From contig JBMNSS010000002.1 in the NCBI GenBank assembly GCA_050945315.1, positions 1 through 61,652 on the forward strand: a DNA stretch of 61,652 nucleotides. Direction: 5' to 3'. The translations under genes were made by a program, and so were the position numbers. This document shows, piece after piece, positions 1-9,675 of this stretch (positions within the stretch are counted from its first letter, which is position 1; every line of letters begins with the position of its first letter). The notes beneath the pieces were generated by a model, which saw nothing but the letters and a program-made list of their open reading frames with translations, was not told where the DNA came from and searched no databases. The stretch is from Limnochordia bacterium. Lineage in GTDB: Bacteria; Bacillota; Limnochordia; DTU080.

Positions 1-407
1 GCATGGCATTCGCACAGTAGGCGCGTGCCAGGTGGTAGCTGTTGCTTCCATTTCAGAGCGTTCTCTATGTAGAGGTCCTTTTCACCGGCTTCTTTGCCCA
101 AGTTGAACTTAACGGCACGAGCGTTGACAAATGAGGTCAATCGCACAGCCTCTTCCCGCGCTGCCTCGCCTTCGGCATCGAAAGCGGCATAGGAGTTGAA
201 GACGGTGATCGGGAGGCCGCTTTCCTGCAGCAATTTCAGTTCGGTAGAGGAAGCGAGAGCTGCATGGTTTTCCCACAGTTCCATACCGTCGAAGCCAGCC
301 TCCGCGAAGCGCGGTATCCACTCGCTTACCAGGTAAGTCGGCTTCTTTTCACGAGTCCAGCGGTTACGCTCGAGCAGAATGGTGCCGATGTATATATCAG
401 TCTTCAC
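1..407 (-). CDS. sugar phosphate isomerase/epimerase (xylose isomerase-like TIM barrel), C-terminus cut by window edge
   Basis: My own minus-strand translation from GTG (complement at 405-407) gives VKTDIYIGTILLERNRWTREKKPTYLVSEWIPRFAEAGFDGMELWENHAALASSTELKLLQESGLPITVFNSYAAFD... and stays open to position 1. It is absent from the ORF track because there is no stop in the window. The listed 109..321 ORF is in another frame. Confidence 0.6.
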   Translation of the reverse strand, partial: MKTDIYIGTILLERNRWTREKKPTYLVSEWIPRFAEAGFDGMELWENHAALASSTELKLLQESGLPITVFNSYAAFDAEGEAAREEAVRLTSFVNARAVKFNLGKEAGEKDLYIENALKWKQQLPPGTRLLCECH

Positions 408-810
408 GTTTGGCACACTCCCAGGATCTAATTGTCTGCAGCATTATTTGTATTCTCCCTAAGGATCATCATGCCTGCCCTCCATTGGGTGAGCGGGCTG
501 TGCCACAAGTCTGAGCGTGGATTTTCGGTATAGAATCGCGGCCAACGGATCATGCTATGGGTGCCGGGTGAAGGCGGTGCGTGACGCCGACTGATGTCCC
601 CTTAATCAGGGCGTAGATGCAATAAGGCTGCCGACCGTTCATACGGCACCCGGCCAGTCTCGTTGCGTATTGCGACGAGTGTTGCCGACGGCGAAGGAAT
701 GTGTTTCGTCGTCGGCTCGTCCCGCGTTTGGCGCCCGAACCGGAGCAAGGAGTGTGGGCCGATAAGGCGAATGAGTCAAACGGTAAAGACTCACCAAGGG
801 GGCGCATGAC

Positions 811-1833
811 ATGGGCCGCTATAAGATAGGCGTTGTCGGTTTGGAACATGACCACGTGTGGGATGTAGTCCCCGGATTCCTTGCTGATGAACGATCGGAA
901 GTCGTTGCCGTGGCGGATGCAAACCCACCGCTTGTGGCTCAGGCGAAAGAGAAGTGGGATGTTGAGCAGGGATTTGGCTGCTGGCGAGAGATGCTGGATA
1001 GGATTCCCATGGACGCCGTCATCGTCTACGGGGACAATGCCATGGGTGTCGACGTGGTGGAAGCCGCGGCGAGCAAAGGGCTCCATGCGATGGTGGAAAA
1101 GCCGATGGCAGCCACCTTGAGACAGGCGGATCGCATGTTGATCGCCGCCGAAAAGGCCGGAATCACTTTGATGATCAATTGGCCAACGGCTTGGAATCCC
1201 AATTTCGCCACCGCCGTGGACATGGCGACTGCCAGCGAGATCGGAGAGGTCTTTAAGGTGCGCTATAGAGCGGCCCATGAGGGGCCGCAGGAATATGGCT
1301 GCACGCCCTATTTTTGTGAATGGCTTTTCGACAAAGACCGCAACGGCGGCGGGGCGCTGATCGACTACTGCTGCTACGGAGCTGCCTACGCGGCGCATTT
1401 GTTGGGGCGTCCAAACGCGGCTACGGCCATCGCCGGGAGGCTGATGAGGGAGTACATAACCGTTGAGGATAACGCCGTCATTCTGGCCAAATATGACAAG
1501 GGTTTGGCCATATGTGAAGCGTCGTGGACGACGTATGGTTTTGGGTACGAGCTGATGATCAACGGTTCGCGAGGGACATTGCGCTCTGACGGGCGCAGCG
1601 TTCAGATCGCTCGCAACAGCAGCGAGGCTCCTCAGACTGTTGAGACCAGACCGCTACCTGACGACAGACGCAACGCCGCATCCCATTTCTTAACGTGTAT
1701 TGACGAGAAGCGGGCTCCGGAAGGGATGTGCAATCCGGTAGTCTCCCGTAATGCCCAAGAGATTCTGGAAGCCGGGATCATCGCCTCCGAAACTGGCAGT
1801 ACGGTACCGTTTCCGGTTGTATCCCGTCGTTAG
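811..1833 (+). CDS. Gfo/Idh/MocA family NAD(P)-dependent oxidoreductase
   Basis: 340-aa ORF. N-terminal Rossmann motif KIGVVGLEHDHVW and the EKPMA motif are typical of the family. Confidence 0.85.
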   Translation: MGRYKIGVVGLEHDHVWDVVPGFLADERSEVVAVADANPPLVAQAKEKWDVEQGFGCWREMLDRIPMDAVIVYGDNAMGVDVVEAAASKGLHAMVEKPMAATLRQADRMLIAAEKAGITLMINWPTAWNPNFATAVDMATASEIGEVFKVRYRAAHEGPQEYGCTPYFCEWLFDKDRNGGGALIDYCCYGAAYAAHLLGRPNAATAIAGRLMREYITVEDNAVILAKYDKGLAICEASWTTYGFGYELMINGSRGTLRSDGRSVQIARNSSEAPQTVETRPLPDDRRNAASHFLTCIDEKRAPEGMCNPVVSRNAQEILEAGIIASETGSTVPFPVVSRR

Positions 1834-1868
1834 GAATCTGTTGCACCGTGCACCCATTCAGGCCAGAT

Positions 1869-1904
1869 GGCGAGGCAGCTTCTCGATATGGCAGCTGCCT
1901 CGCC
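1869..1904 (+). terminator. stem-loop downstream of the oxidoreductase gene (possible terminator, no clear U-tract)
   Basis: GGCGAGGCAGCT (1869-1880) pairs perfectly with AGCTGCCTCGCC (1893-1904), with a 12-nt loop. Confidence 0.4.
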
Positions 1905-1943
1905 GGTCGGCAATAGTCTTCGTGAAATTTAACGCGCCAGGGC

Positions 1944-1973
1944 TTGACGGCGGGGCCACCTATGTGTCATAAT
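1944..1973 (+). promoter_or_regulatory. sigmaA-like promoter for tRNA-Ala
   Basis: TTGACG (1944-1949), an 18-nt spacer containing TGTGT, then CATAAT (1968-1973), about 30 nt upstream of the tRNA. Confidence 0.4.
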
Positions 1974-2002
1974 AAGTGTCGTGGGTGCACAACAGGATTC
2001 CC

Positions 2003-2078
<76 letters not shown>

Positions 2079-2082
2079 AGAA

Positions 2083-2117
2083 GAGCCCTTCGCAGTCGTT
2101 TGCGAGGGGTTCTTTTG
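2083..2117 (+). terminator. intrinsic terminator after tRNA-Ala
   Basis: A 12-bp stem (2083-2094 with 2101-2112, including G:U pairs) is followed by TTTT (2113-2116). Confidence 0.75.
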
Positions 2118-2211
2118 TATGTATTGAATGTATTGACACACGCACCGAAGCGGAGTATCCTAAGTAATGAGCATACGCTCATTATCTTTCGAGAAGGCAA
2201 GGAGGATGATC

Positions 2212-2583
2212 ATGCCCCGCGGTGATGGAACGGGTCCGACAGGGCAGGGCCCCATGGGTGGTGGTCGGCAGGGCTCCGGCGGAGGTGGCCATGGTCAAAG
2301 AAGAGGTGGAGGTGGGCGGGGTTGGCGGGGACGGTCAGTTGACGCGCAAGAACCGCTGAGCACTGAGACCCCGACCATGGAAACGACACCTTCTGTTCCG
2401 ACTGGGTTTGAGAATGAGTTGGCGTTGTTCAGACAGCAGCTGCAGGAGTGCCGGGAAGCGATGGCGGAGCTCAACCAGCGCATCCTTGAACTCAGCAGGG
2501 CGGCCGTGGGGCAGAGTGTGCCACAGGAAGTCAAACTGGAAGAAAACGCCGAAGAAGCCAGGGACGAAAAGACTCAAGACTGA
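2212..2583 (+). CDS. DUF5320-like small protein (MPRGDGTGP N-terminus, Gly/Arg-rich tract, C-terminal coiled coil)
   Basis: ATG 2212 is preceded by AAGGAGG. The N-terminus MPRGDGTGPTGQGPMGGG matches my recollection of DUF5320. The track ORF 2167..2583 probably starts too early. Confidence 0.6.
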   Translation: MPRGDGTGPTGQGPMGGGRQGSGGGGHGQRRGGGGRGWRGRSVDAQEPLSTETPTMETTPSVPTGFENELALFRQQLQECREAMAELNQRILELSRAAVGQSVPQEVKLEENAEEARDEKTQD

Positions 2584-2707
2584 GCCCGAGAGCCAGTGAT
2601 ACGCTGAGCTAAGCCAAACAAAAGCGTCGTCGAGGCCGCCTAACCTCTTGCGGATCAGCGCGGCATGCGACGGCGCTGCGATTTTTTCTGCGAAAGAAGG
2701 GGGCGCA

Positions 2708-3565
2708 GTGAAAGAAACCAGTGAGAGCACCTGTGCTGTCACGGTGACGGTCATCGTAGATAACAAGGCGCACCGACCGGAGTTTCAGGGAGAGCACGGT
2801 CTTTCAATGTTGCTGGAAACGGCGGAATACAGGATACTGTTTGATGCAGGGCAGTCCGGCGAAGTGCTTTTACATAACGCCCGGGCCCTCGACATCGATC
2901 TGAGTCGGCTCGATGCCATCGTCCTGAGTCACGGGCACTATGATCACACGGGCGGACTTCGCAGTCTGCCGCTTTCATCCGGTGTCACTCGTCTATACGC
3001 ACATCCGGAGGCATTTATTGAACGGTTCAATGAAGATCAACCGGGCACGTTGCGTCCTATCGGCAGCGGGCTGAACCCTCAGGCACTGAGCGAGCTGGGT
3101 TTGGTGTGTGTCTCCTCTACAGGGCCTGAGACAACAGCTCCGGGTGTGGTGGCAACCGGTGAGATTGCCCGTCTCACCGAGTTTGAGGAAGCAACATCGA
3201 CCTTTATGCGAAAACAGGGAGACAGACTGGTGCCTGATCCGATTCCGGATGATCAGGCGCTGGTTGTTCAAACACCCACCGGTCTGATCCTGCTGTTGGG
3301 ATGCGCTCACGCGGGTGTCGTAAATACCCTTGATCATGTTAGGCGTTTAGGCTTTGGCGGACCTATTCGAGCTCTGATAGGAGGCTTCCATCTGCAGGGA
3401 GTGTCTCCGGAGCGACTGCGTCTGACTGTGGACAGCATTGAAGAGAACGACATCCGGGCTGTAATGCCCCTGCATTGCACAGGATCTGAGGCAGAAGCCT
3501 TCATGGCCAAACGACTGGGCAGACGCTTCGTACTCGGTTCGGTAGGCAGCAAGTTACGTTTCTAG
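2708..3565 (+). CDS. MBL-fold metallo-hydrolase (COG1237-type)
   Basis: HGHYDHTGG metal-binding motif. The start is set at GTG 2708 after GAAGGGGG. The track ORF begins at 2648. Confidence 0.75.
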   Translation: MKETSESTCAVTVTVIVDNKAHRPEFQGEHGLSMLLETAEYRILFDAGQSGEVLLHNARALDIDLSRLDAIVLSHGHYDHTGGLRSLPLSSGVTRLYAHPEAFIERFNEDQPGTLRPIGSGLNPQALSELGLVCVSSTGPETTAPGVVATGEIARLTEFEEATSTFMRKQGDRLVPDPIPDDQALVVQTPTGLILLLGCAHAGVVNTLDHVRRLGFGGPIRALIGGFHLQGVSPERLRLTVDSIEENDIRAVMPLHCTGSEAEAFMAKRLGRRFVLGSVGSKLRF

Positions 3566-3659
3566 CTCTCTCACTGGCCGTGGTGACACCTCTCATGAGT
3601 GCAACAGGGATTGTTGACCCTCTGATCGAAGTGGCCATTGATCCATATCTTCTAGGACG

Positions 3660-4697
3660 GTGACTTCAATGGCCAACAGATATTTCTCTTTGTCGGAGTA
3701 TTGGATGCGGAAAGCTCAGGACTGGAAACCCCTGCTGTCATTCGAAGGCAACTCCAAAGGAGATTGGGAGTCTTGGCGCGTCAAGGCTCTGGAGAAGTTC
3801 TTGGAGATCCTGGGGCCTTTTCCTGAACCGGTCGATCTTGCTCCTGATGTGGAGTACACGGTCGAGGAAGGAGATCTGATTCGCGAACGCGTCATCTTCG
3901 ACTCTGAAGCCTACGCATCAGTGCCCTGTATTGTGTTGCGCCCTAAGGACATGCCGCCGAACAAGAAGAATGCAGCGATCATCTGTTGTAACGGTCATCC
4001 GGTAGATATTGGCAAGGATCCGGTGGCCGGTGTGCGTTCGAGCCCGGATCACAATCGCCAAATCGCACTGATGAACTACAACTATGGCGAACAGATGGCC
4101 AAGGCGGGGTATTTGACCATCATGCCGGAGTTGCGCGGTTTTGGTGAACGCAATGATGCCCCGGGACGTCGGGATGTGTGCAATCTCAATTTCATCAAGG
4201 GCTGCATACTGGGCATTTACACCCAGACTCTGAATATCTGGGATGTCAAGTGCTGTGTTGACTATCTGGAGACTCGGCCTGAGGTGGACCCCAACCGCAT
4301 AGGCATGATGGGATTGAGCTACGGGGGTACGATGACCACCTTTACCACGGCTGTAGAGCCCAGGATAAAGGCCGCGAACATCATGGGGTATGTAAACCCC
4401 TTTGCCCGTTTTGGCATCGAGAGAGGCAATTTCTGTGGCTCTCAGATCGTACCCGAGATATACAAACACTTCGATACGGATGATCTGGCAGGTCTGATTG
4501 CTCCCCGACCGTTGTTGGTTGACATGGCCATCTATGATGATTGCTTTTACATTCAAGACTTGCTTAAAGGCTATGAGGGTGTGAAAAGGATCTACGAGGC
4601 GGCCGGGGCCGCTGATGTCTTGCATGCAGACATACATCCCGGTCCACACTCTTTCGCCGGAAACAAGGCCTTTTCGTTCTTTGAGAGATACCTATAG
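3660..4697 (+). CDS. alpha/beta hydrolase (acetyl-xylan-esterase / dienelactone-hydrolase-like)
   Basis: 345-aa ORF with nucleophile elbow GLSYGG and a late His (HPGPHSF). The alternative start is ATG 3669. Confidence 0.7.
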   Translation: MTSMANRYFSLSEYWMRKAQDWKPLLSFEGNSKGDWESWRVKALEKFLEILGPFPEPVDLAPDVEYTVEEGDLIRERVIFDSEAYASVPCIVLRPKDMPPNKKNAAIICCNGHPVDIGKDPVAGVRSSPDHNRQIALMNYNYGEQMAKAGYLTIMPELRGFGERNDAPGRRDVCNLNFIKGCILGIYTQTLNIWDVKCCVDYLETRPEVDPNRIGMMGLSYGGTMTTFTTAVEPRIKAANIMGYVNPFARFGIERGNFCGSQIVPEIYKHFDTDDLAGLIAPRPLLVDMAIYDDCFYIQDLLKGYEGVKRIYEAAGAADVLHADIHPGPHSFAGNKAFSFFERYL

Positions 4698-4837
4698 ACA
4701 CAAATGAGAGCACGCTAAAGAATGACAGCCTCTCGGAGGCAACTTGGCGCCACCGTTGGGCCTCAGTTCAGCCGCCTCTTCTCGATAAAGGAGCTTGCCT
4801 TCGGGCGACGAATGCCCGTGGCTAGGAGGTGTTGATT

Positions 4838-7800
4838 GTGAGACCGGCGGTGGTGCTATTCGTTATTCTCTCATGTGCGCTTGTTCCTGCTGCGGCGGAG
4901 AGCATCGACGGACCCGGTCTGGCCATCATACGTGAGGGTCAGGCGCAAGCAGTGATTGTGATCGTCCCGAATGCTGACGCGCAGACACGAAAGGCTGCCA
5001 ATGTACTGTCGGAGTATCTGTGGAAGTCAACGGGGGCGCGAGTGCCCGTCGTGACTGAAACGGCATCGAGTGAGGGTTATCTTATCTTGGTCGGCGAGAG
5101 CGCGCTCTTAGCGGATCCGCAGATCGCCCTGGCATTACAGGATCTTGATGAACAAGGTTTTCTTATCCGATGTCGTGACGATCGTTTATCCATTGTCGGC
5201 CCTTCGGTCTGGGGTACGTTGCACGGAGTGTATGAGTTTCTGGAGCGGTACGTAGGCGTTCGCTGGCTCTTACCCGGCCCCGACGGCGAGGATGTCCCGC
5301 CTCGTCGCAACGTCACAGTGCCTTGGGGAGAGATCACAGAGGAGCCGGCGTTCTCCTATCGTACGATCAGCCCCGTCAGGGGTTCACCGGACGGCTCCGG
5401 TGCCACGCAATGGCACAATGAATGGGCGCAGCGCAATAAACTTCAGGGAAGCTACAATGATCGGATTCGATTCCATCATAACTTGCACGCTGTCTTTCCT
5501 CCTGAAAAGTACGGGAAGACTCATTGTGAGTTGTACCCCGGCTGCAGGGCCCCGGCATCCGGGCAGGATACGGGGTGGCAGCCGTGTTTTACGGCAAAAG
5601 ACAGCGTTGATGTTGCCGTCGCCGAGATCACCGCCTATTTTGCGGCCCGTCCCCATGAAACCTTCTTTTCGCTGGGTGTAAACGACTCCAGAGGCCACTG
5701 CGAAGCCAATCCTTCCCATCCACATTACCCCGGTCGGTTGAACTCCATCGGCATGGTCGATATGTCAGATATCTACTACGCCTGGGTCAACGAGGTAGTG
5801 GCCAGAGTCCTCGAAGTCTACCCGGATAAATGGTTTGGGCTACTGGCCTACTATGATGTGATGGATCCACCGTCATTTCCGTTGCACCCGCGGGTCATTC
5901 CTTTCATCACCAAGGATCGTATGGCTTGGATCGACACCGACGTTCGCACTGCGGGCCATGAGCAGATGGATGCCTGGAACGAGGTAGCCGCTCAGGTGGC
6001 CTGGTATGACTACATGTACGGCGGAGCTCACTATATCGTGCCGCGTATCTTCAGCCACGCCATGGCAGAGAACTTCCGCTATGCCAGGCGTAATGGCGTG
6101 GTAGGCACGTACACCGAGATGTATCACACGGTCATAGACGGTCCAAAGCCCTGGCTTGCGGCTCGTCTGCAGTGGAACCCGGATCAAGACGTCGATGCTT
6201 TGCTTTGGGAGTGGTATGAGAGGGCCGTGGGACCCGCTGCAGCACATGATTTGAAGGACTTCTACGATCGGTGGGAGCATTTCTGGACGGAACGCATCAA
6301 GGAGTCCTCTTGGTTCAGCGGAGGCAAGGAGCGGACCTATCTGCCGTTTACTGACCAGTCATATTTGCACCTGGTGACTGATGAAGACATCGATGAAAGC
6401 AAGCGATTGCTGGCATCGGTTGTAGCCAAAGCAAAGACACCTGAACAAAAAGCCCGTGCCGAGCTTATCCGGAGGTCTTTCGATTATTGTGAGGCTTCTG
6501 TGATCAGCTATCCCCGGCAGACGTCACCGCCTAGAGACCGCTCCGCCGCCCTCGGCATGTTGGACAATGTGGCCGATACGCTGGAGAAACGATTACAGGC
6601 GGCACAGAGACGCTATGAGCTGGTGGATGAGTTCCGCGCTCTGCCGCTGTTGAGATTTCCGTCCGAGAAGCGAGTCTATCATTGGAGCGGTTGGCCTGTG
6701 GAGGAGTTTTTCCACCTGGTCAATTACGTTCAGGCACATGAAAGCGGCGGAGGCCCCGTGAGCGACGGGGTTAAATCGATGGCCGGGAGCAGTTCTCCCC
6801 AATTGCGAGCCTTTGCTGATCTTCTGTTGCAGGTCTTTGACGGAACATCATCTTTAACGTTGGCCAGTTCTTTTGAGGACCCCATCGAGACCGATCGCCG
6901 ATGGAGTAAATGGATCGTCAGCACCGGGAACATTCGGCGTGTTGAAGATGAGGCATACCGTGGTCGGGCCAGTATGCTCATCGAAGGTATGGCCCGGGGC
7001 GGTCCGCATCAGATTTTCGACGTGCAACCGGGCTTGGTTGCGGTGTCGGTCCGTTACTACGTACCGTCGGGCAGCAAGGAAGGAACGATTCAGCTGACTC
7101 TGCATTTGAAGAACGCGCAAGGAGCCAACCTGGTCAGCTATCGCTCAAGTCCGTCGCAACTGTCATCGCAGGCAGGCCAATGGGCGGGTCTGGGCCTCCT
7201 TGAGGAAGTACCGGGCTACGTGGACGGTCAAAGAGTAGCCAGGGCACAGGTAGTGGTCACGGTTGACGGAGCCTTGAATACGCCCGTCTACGTAGATGAG
7301 GTGCTGGTCTGCCATAGCAAGGCTGCGATCCCCGTTTCGGTCTATGAGCAGTTCATTGAGTTTGCGACCTTGGAGGGCAGTCATCACGGCATTATGGGGA
7401 TGCGTGGCATGTTGGATGCACGGGTGAGGCTGCCCCTTGTCGATCCAGAGGAGATCGAAAGCGTTGAAATACGACTGGACGACGCTCCCGTTTACAACGG
7501 AGCCAGACTGCCCGGGGCGGGCGAGGTCATGATCGATACCCGCAGTCTGTCAGACGGCAGACATGAACTCGCCGCTCGCATCGTCGTCGAAGGGATCGGG
7601 ATTGTGGAAAAATCAGTGGGCTTTGTGACGCGCAACTACTGGATTCTTCACGACCCCTTCGAACCGCCCAAGGAAACGGGTTGGTTTGGAACACTGGATC
7701 GTTCAAGAACGAGTGAGCAATCCGACGGCTGGCAGTATTCCCTTGAACGATCGGAGGAGTTTTGGGGAGACAGCGATCGGAAGGTCCGGATCGGCAATAC

Positions 7801-8110
7801 CACGGAGCACTTGATCTGGGAGACTCCGAGTCTGCGCGACTATAGCATTACGTTATACGCCAAGCGGCCGGACATCAGCGAGACCATCGATGTCGCGGTC
7901 TCTTTTGATGGCGGCACCTGGGAATCACTGCCCTACACGGTCACGGATATGGGACGTTCGTCACATGGTTGGCACCGACTGGTGATTGAGGGGACGATCT
8001 CGACTTGGACTGGCGAAAGCCCACGGCTCCTGCGGGTGCAGCTGCGGAAGTCTGAGGCGTATGAAGAGATTCATCTCGGCGAGGCTGAATTCAGGGGGTT
8101 AAACGAGTAA
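4838..8110 (+). CDS. large secreted DUF4838-like (GH20-related fold) protein with C-terminal beta-rich domains
   Basis: GTG 4838 lies 8 nt after AGGAGG. The signal peptide is MRPAVVLFVILSCALVPAAA. The N-terminal region (GFLIR..DRLSIVG..GTLHGVYEFLERYVGVRWLLPG) resembles DUF4838 proteins. Confidence 0.55.
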   Translation: MRPAVVLFVILSCALVPAAAESIDGPGLAIIREGQAQAVIVIVPNADAQTRKAANVLSEYLWKSTGARVPVVTETASSEGYLILVGESALLADPQIALALQDLDEQGFLIRCRDDRLSIVGPSVWGTLHGVYEFLERYVGVRWLLPGPDGEDVPPRRNVTVPWGEITEEPAFSYRTISPVRGSPDGSGATQWHNEWAQRNKLQGSYNDRIRFHHNLHAVFPPEKYGKTHCELYPGCRAPASGQDTGWQPCFTAKDSVDVAVAEITAYFAARPHETFFSLGVNDSRGHCEANPSHPHYPGRLNSIGMVDMSDIYYAWVNEVVARVLEVYPDKWFGLLAYYDVMDPPSFPLHPRVIPFITKDRMAWIDTDVRTAGHEQMDAWNEVAAQVAWYDYMYGGAHYIVPRIFSHAMAENFRYARRNGVVGTYTEMYHTVIDGPKPWLAARLQWNPDQDVDALLWEWYERAVGPAAAHDLKDFYDRWEHFWTERIKESSWFSGGKERTYLPFTDQSYLHLVTDEDIDESKRLLASVVAKAKTPEQKARAELIRRSFDYCEASVISYPRQTSPPRDRSAALGMLDNVADTLEKRLQAAQRRYELVDEFRALPLLRFPSEKRVYHWSGWPVEEFFHLVNYVQAHESGGGPVSDGVKSMAGSSSPQLRAFADLLLQVFDGTSSLTLASSFEDPIETDRRWSKWIVSTGNIRRVEDEAYRGRASMLIEGMARGGPHQIFDVQPGLVAVSVRYYVPSGSKEGTIQLTLHLKNAQGANLVSYRSSPSQLSSQAGQWAGLGLLEEVPGYVDGQRVARAQVVVTVDGALNTPVYVDEVLVCHSKAAIPVSVYEQFIEFATLEGSHHGIMGMRGMLDARVRLPLVDPEEIESVEIRLDDAPVYNGARLPGAGEVMIDTRSLSDGRHELAARIVVEGIGIVEKSVGFVTRNYWILHDPFEPPKETGWFGTLDRSRTSEQSDGWQYSLERSEEFWGDSDRKVRIGNTTEHLIWETPSLRDYSITLYAKRPDISETIDVAVSFDGGTWESLPYTVTDMGRSSHGWHRLVIEGTISTWTGESPRLLRVQLRKSEAYEEIHLGEAEFRGLNE

Positions 8111-8116
8111 GCACAT

Positions 8117-8147
8117 GAGGCACTACGTCATGACGACGTAGTGCCTC
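8117..8147. terminator. bidirectional stem-loop between convergent genes
   Basis: GAGGCACTACGTC (8117-8129) pairs perfectly with GACGTAGTGCCTC (8135-8147). Confidence 0.6.
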
Positions 8148-8181
8148 ACACAACTCGGTAACATCATTCGCGGTTCTTCGA

Positions 8182-9462
8182 CTACTGACTGAGCACGAGG
8201 TTGTACAGGCGTTCAGCTTCAGCCAATGCGGCGGCGATACCCTTGCGACCGGCGACCGCCTCTTCGACATGATCCTTCCATATCGGGGTGAGATCGGTGG
8301 ACCGCCGGAACGGATACACGCTACCGATATAGGCAATCTCGGGAATCATGCGCATCCACGCATGCTTCGTGTGACCGGTGCGCCACGCTGAAGACCGATA
8401 GAAATCCAGCCGCGGTGATCCGACATAGTCGAGGATCTTAAACTGCTCGATGTTGGCCTCCAGACCGCCCATCAACTTGATGTAATCCCAGGCCAAGGGA
8501 ACCTGCTTGCAGGACACGGGGATAGCGACCATGTTACCCCATACCGTGGATCCTCGCCCTTTACCCGAGGGACCCTGGGGGAAGCTGGTAGCCATGAATC
8601 GCATATCCGGTGCGCTTTGCAGGAAGACGCGCGGAGTGGCGTTGTTGTTGTAGCTCATAGATACCGTCTGACTGGCAAAGTTGCCGCCCGTTACTTCGTG
8701 TACGAGCAACAGGTCGCTCAGAAACTGTGCGGTTTGCCGTCCCGCCTCGGTGTTGAAACCGGCTACATTGAGATCGGGATCGGAGTAGAAGCTGCCACCG
8801 TTGGAGGCCAGCCAACTGTTAAACGACTCGATTTTGGCGTTATGGATGTAGCCGTAACGGCTTACCTGACCATCGGGTTCTTTACGCGTGAGTTTTTTCG
8901 CGGCCTGGGTGAAATCATCCCAGGTGGCAATGCCGTAGGGATCGGTGTTAAGACCGGCCTCTTCAAAGTGATCGAGATTGTAGTACAGCACGGCCGCGTC
9001 CATGCCGACGGTGACTCCGTAGATGTGTCCTCTGTATTGATTGTAAAGCTGAGTGACCGGAATGAACTTATCGGGCGTCAGTTCGGGCGTCTTCTTAACC
9101 AAGTCGGTCAAGTCCATAATGACTCCCTCTTCGAATAGATCGCGCGCCCAGAGCATTGACAGGTGTACGACATCGGGTGCTGTATCCGTGACAACCCCGG
9201 TCAGAAGCCTGTCCAGGAGATTGTTCATGGTCACCTGAATATATTCCACTTCCACATCCGGATTCTGACGCTCGTAGGTCTCCTTGAGCCAACCGTAGTA
9301 GGCCTGCATCGTCGTTGTCGAGTGAATACGCCAGTCCATGACTGTGATCGTTGATTTCGCACTTGTACTCAAAATCAAGCTTTGACTTAAGATAAGAAGC
9401 AGTGACAAGGACAGCAATAGCGACATGCGACGGACTGTTTTGGTAGATTGTCTGAACAACAT
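8182..9462 (-). CDS. ABC transporter extracellular solute-binding protein (family 1, sugar type), no adjacent permease or ATPase
   Basis: SBP_bac_1-like sequence (TITVMDW..YERQNPDVEVEY..APDVVH). The start is set at ATG 9462, 6 nt after GGAGG. The N-terminus is a hydrophobic anchor with no lipobox Cys. Confidence 0.8.
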   Translation of the reverse strand: MLFRQSTKTVRRMSLLLSLSLLLILSQSLILSTSAKSTITVMDWRIHSTTTMQAYYGWLKETYERQNPDVEVEYIQVTMNNLLDRLLTGVVTDTAPDVVHLSMLWARDLFEEGVIMDLTDLVKKTPELTPDKFIPVTQLYNQYRGHIYGVTVGMDAAVLYYNLDHFEEAGLNTDPYGIATWDDFTQAAKKLTRKEPDGQVSRYGYIHNAKIESFNSWLASNGGSFYSDPDLNVAGFNTEAGRQTAQFLSDLLLVHEVTGGNFASQTVSMSYNNNATPRVFLQSAPDMRFMATSFPQGPSGKGRGSTVWGNMVAIPVSCKQVPLAWDYIKLMGGLEANIEQFKILDYVGSPRLDFYRSSAWRTGHTKHAWMRMIPEIAYIGSVYPFRRSTDLTPIWKDHVEEAVAGRKGIAAALAEAERLYNLVLSQ

Positions 9463-9675
9463 TTCAACCTCCTGATTCCAGCATGAAACCATCAAACTAA
9501 GGTCTGTGTCTTTCTTCATCTTAGCCGCCTAGTGTATAGAAGTCAATATGTGGCAGGTATGGACATATTCCCGGGGGTATATGACTTGACCAGGGACAGA
9601 TGTCTCTGGACGTGATACAATATGACCTGGGAGGTGTGATCTCTGACTGAACGGCAGCCCACACCGGTAAAGATA

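Noticed and set aside
550-1398. 282-aa minus-strand ORF spanning the 408-810 spacer and the 5' half of the oxidoreductase gene
   Set aside because: It is antisense to a well-supported Gfo/Idh/MocA gene. Its composition is Arg/Gly/His-rich and low in complexity, typical of spurious frames in GC-rich DNA, and it has no RBS.
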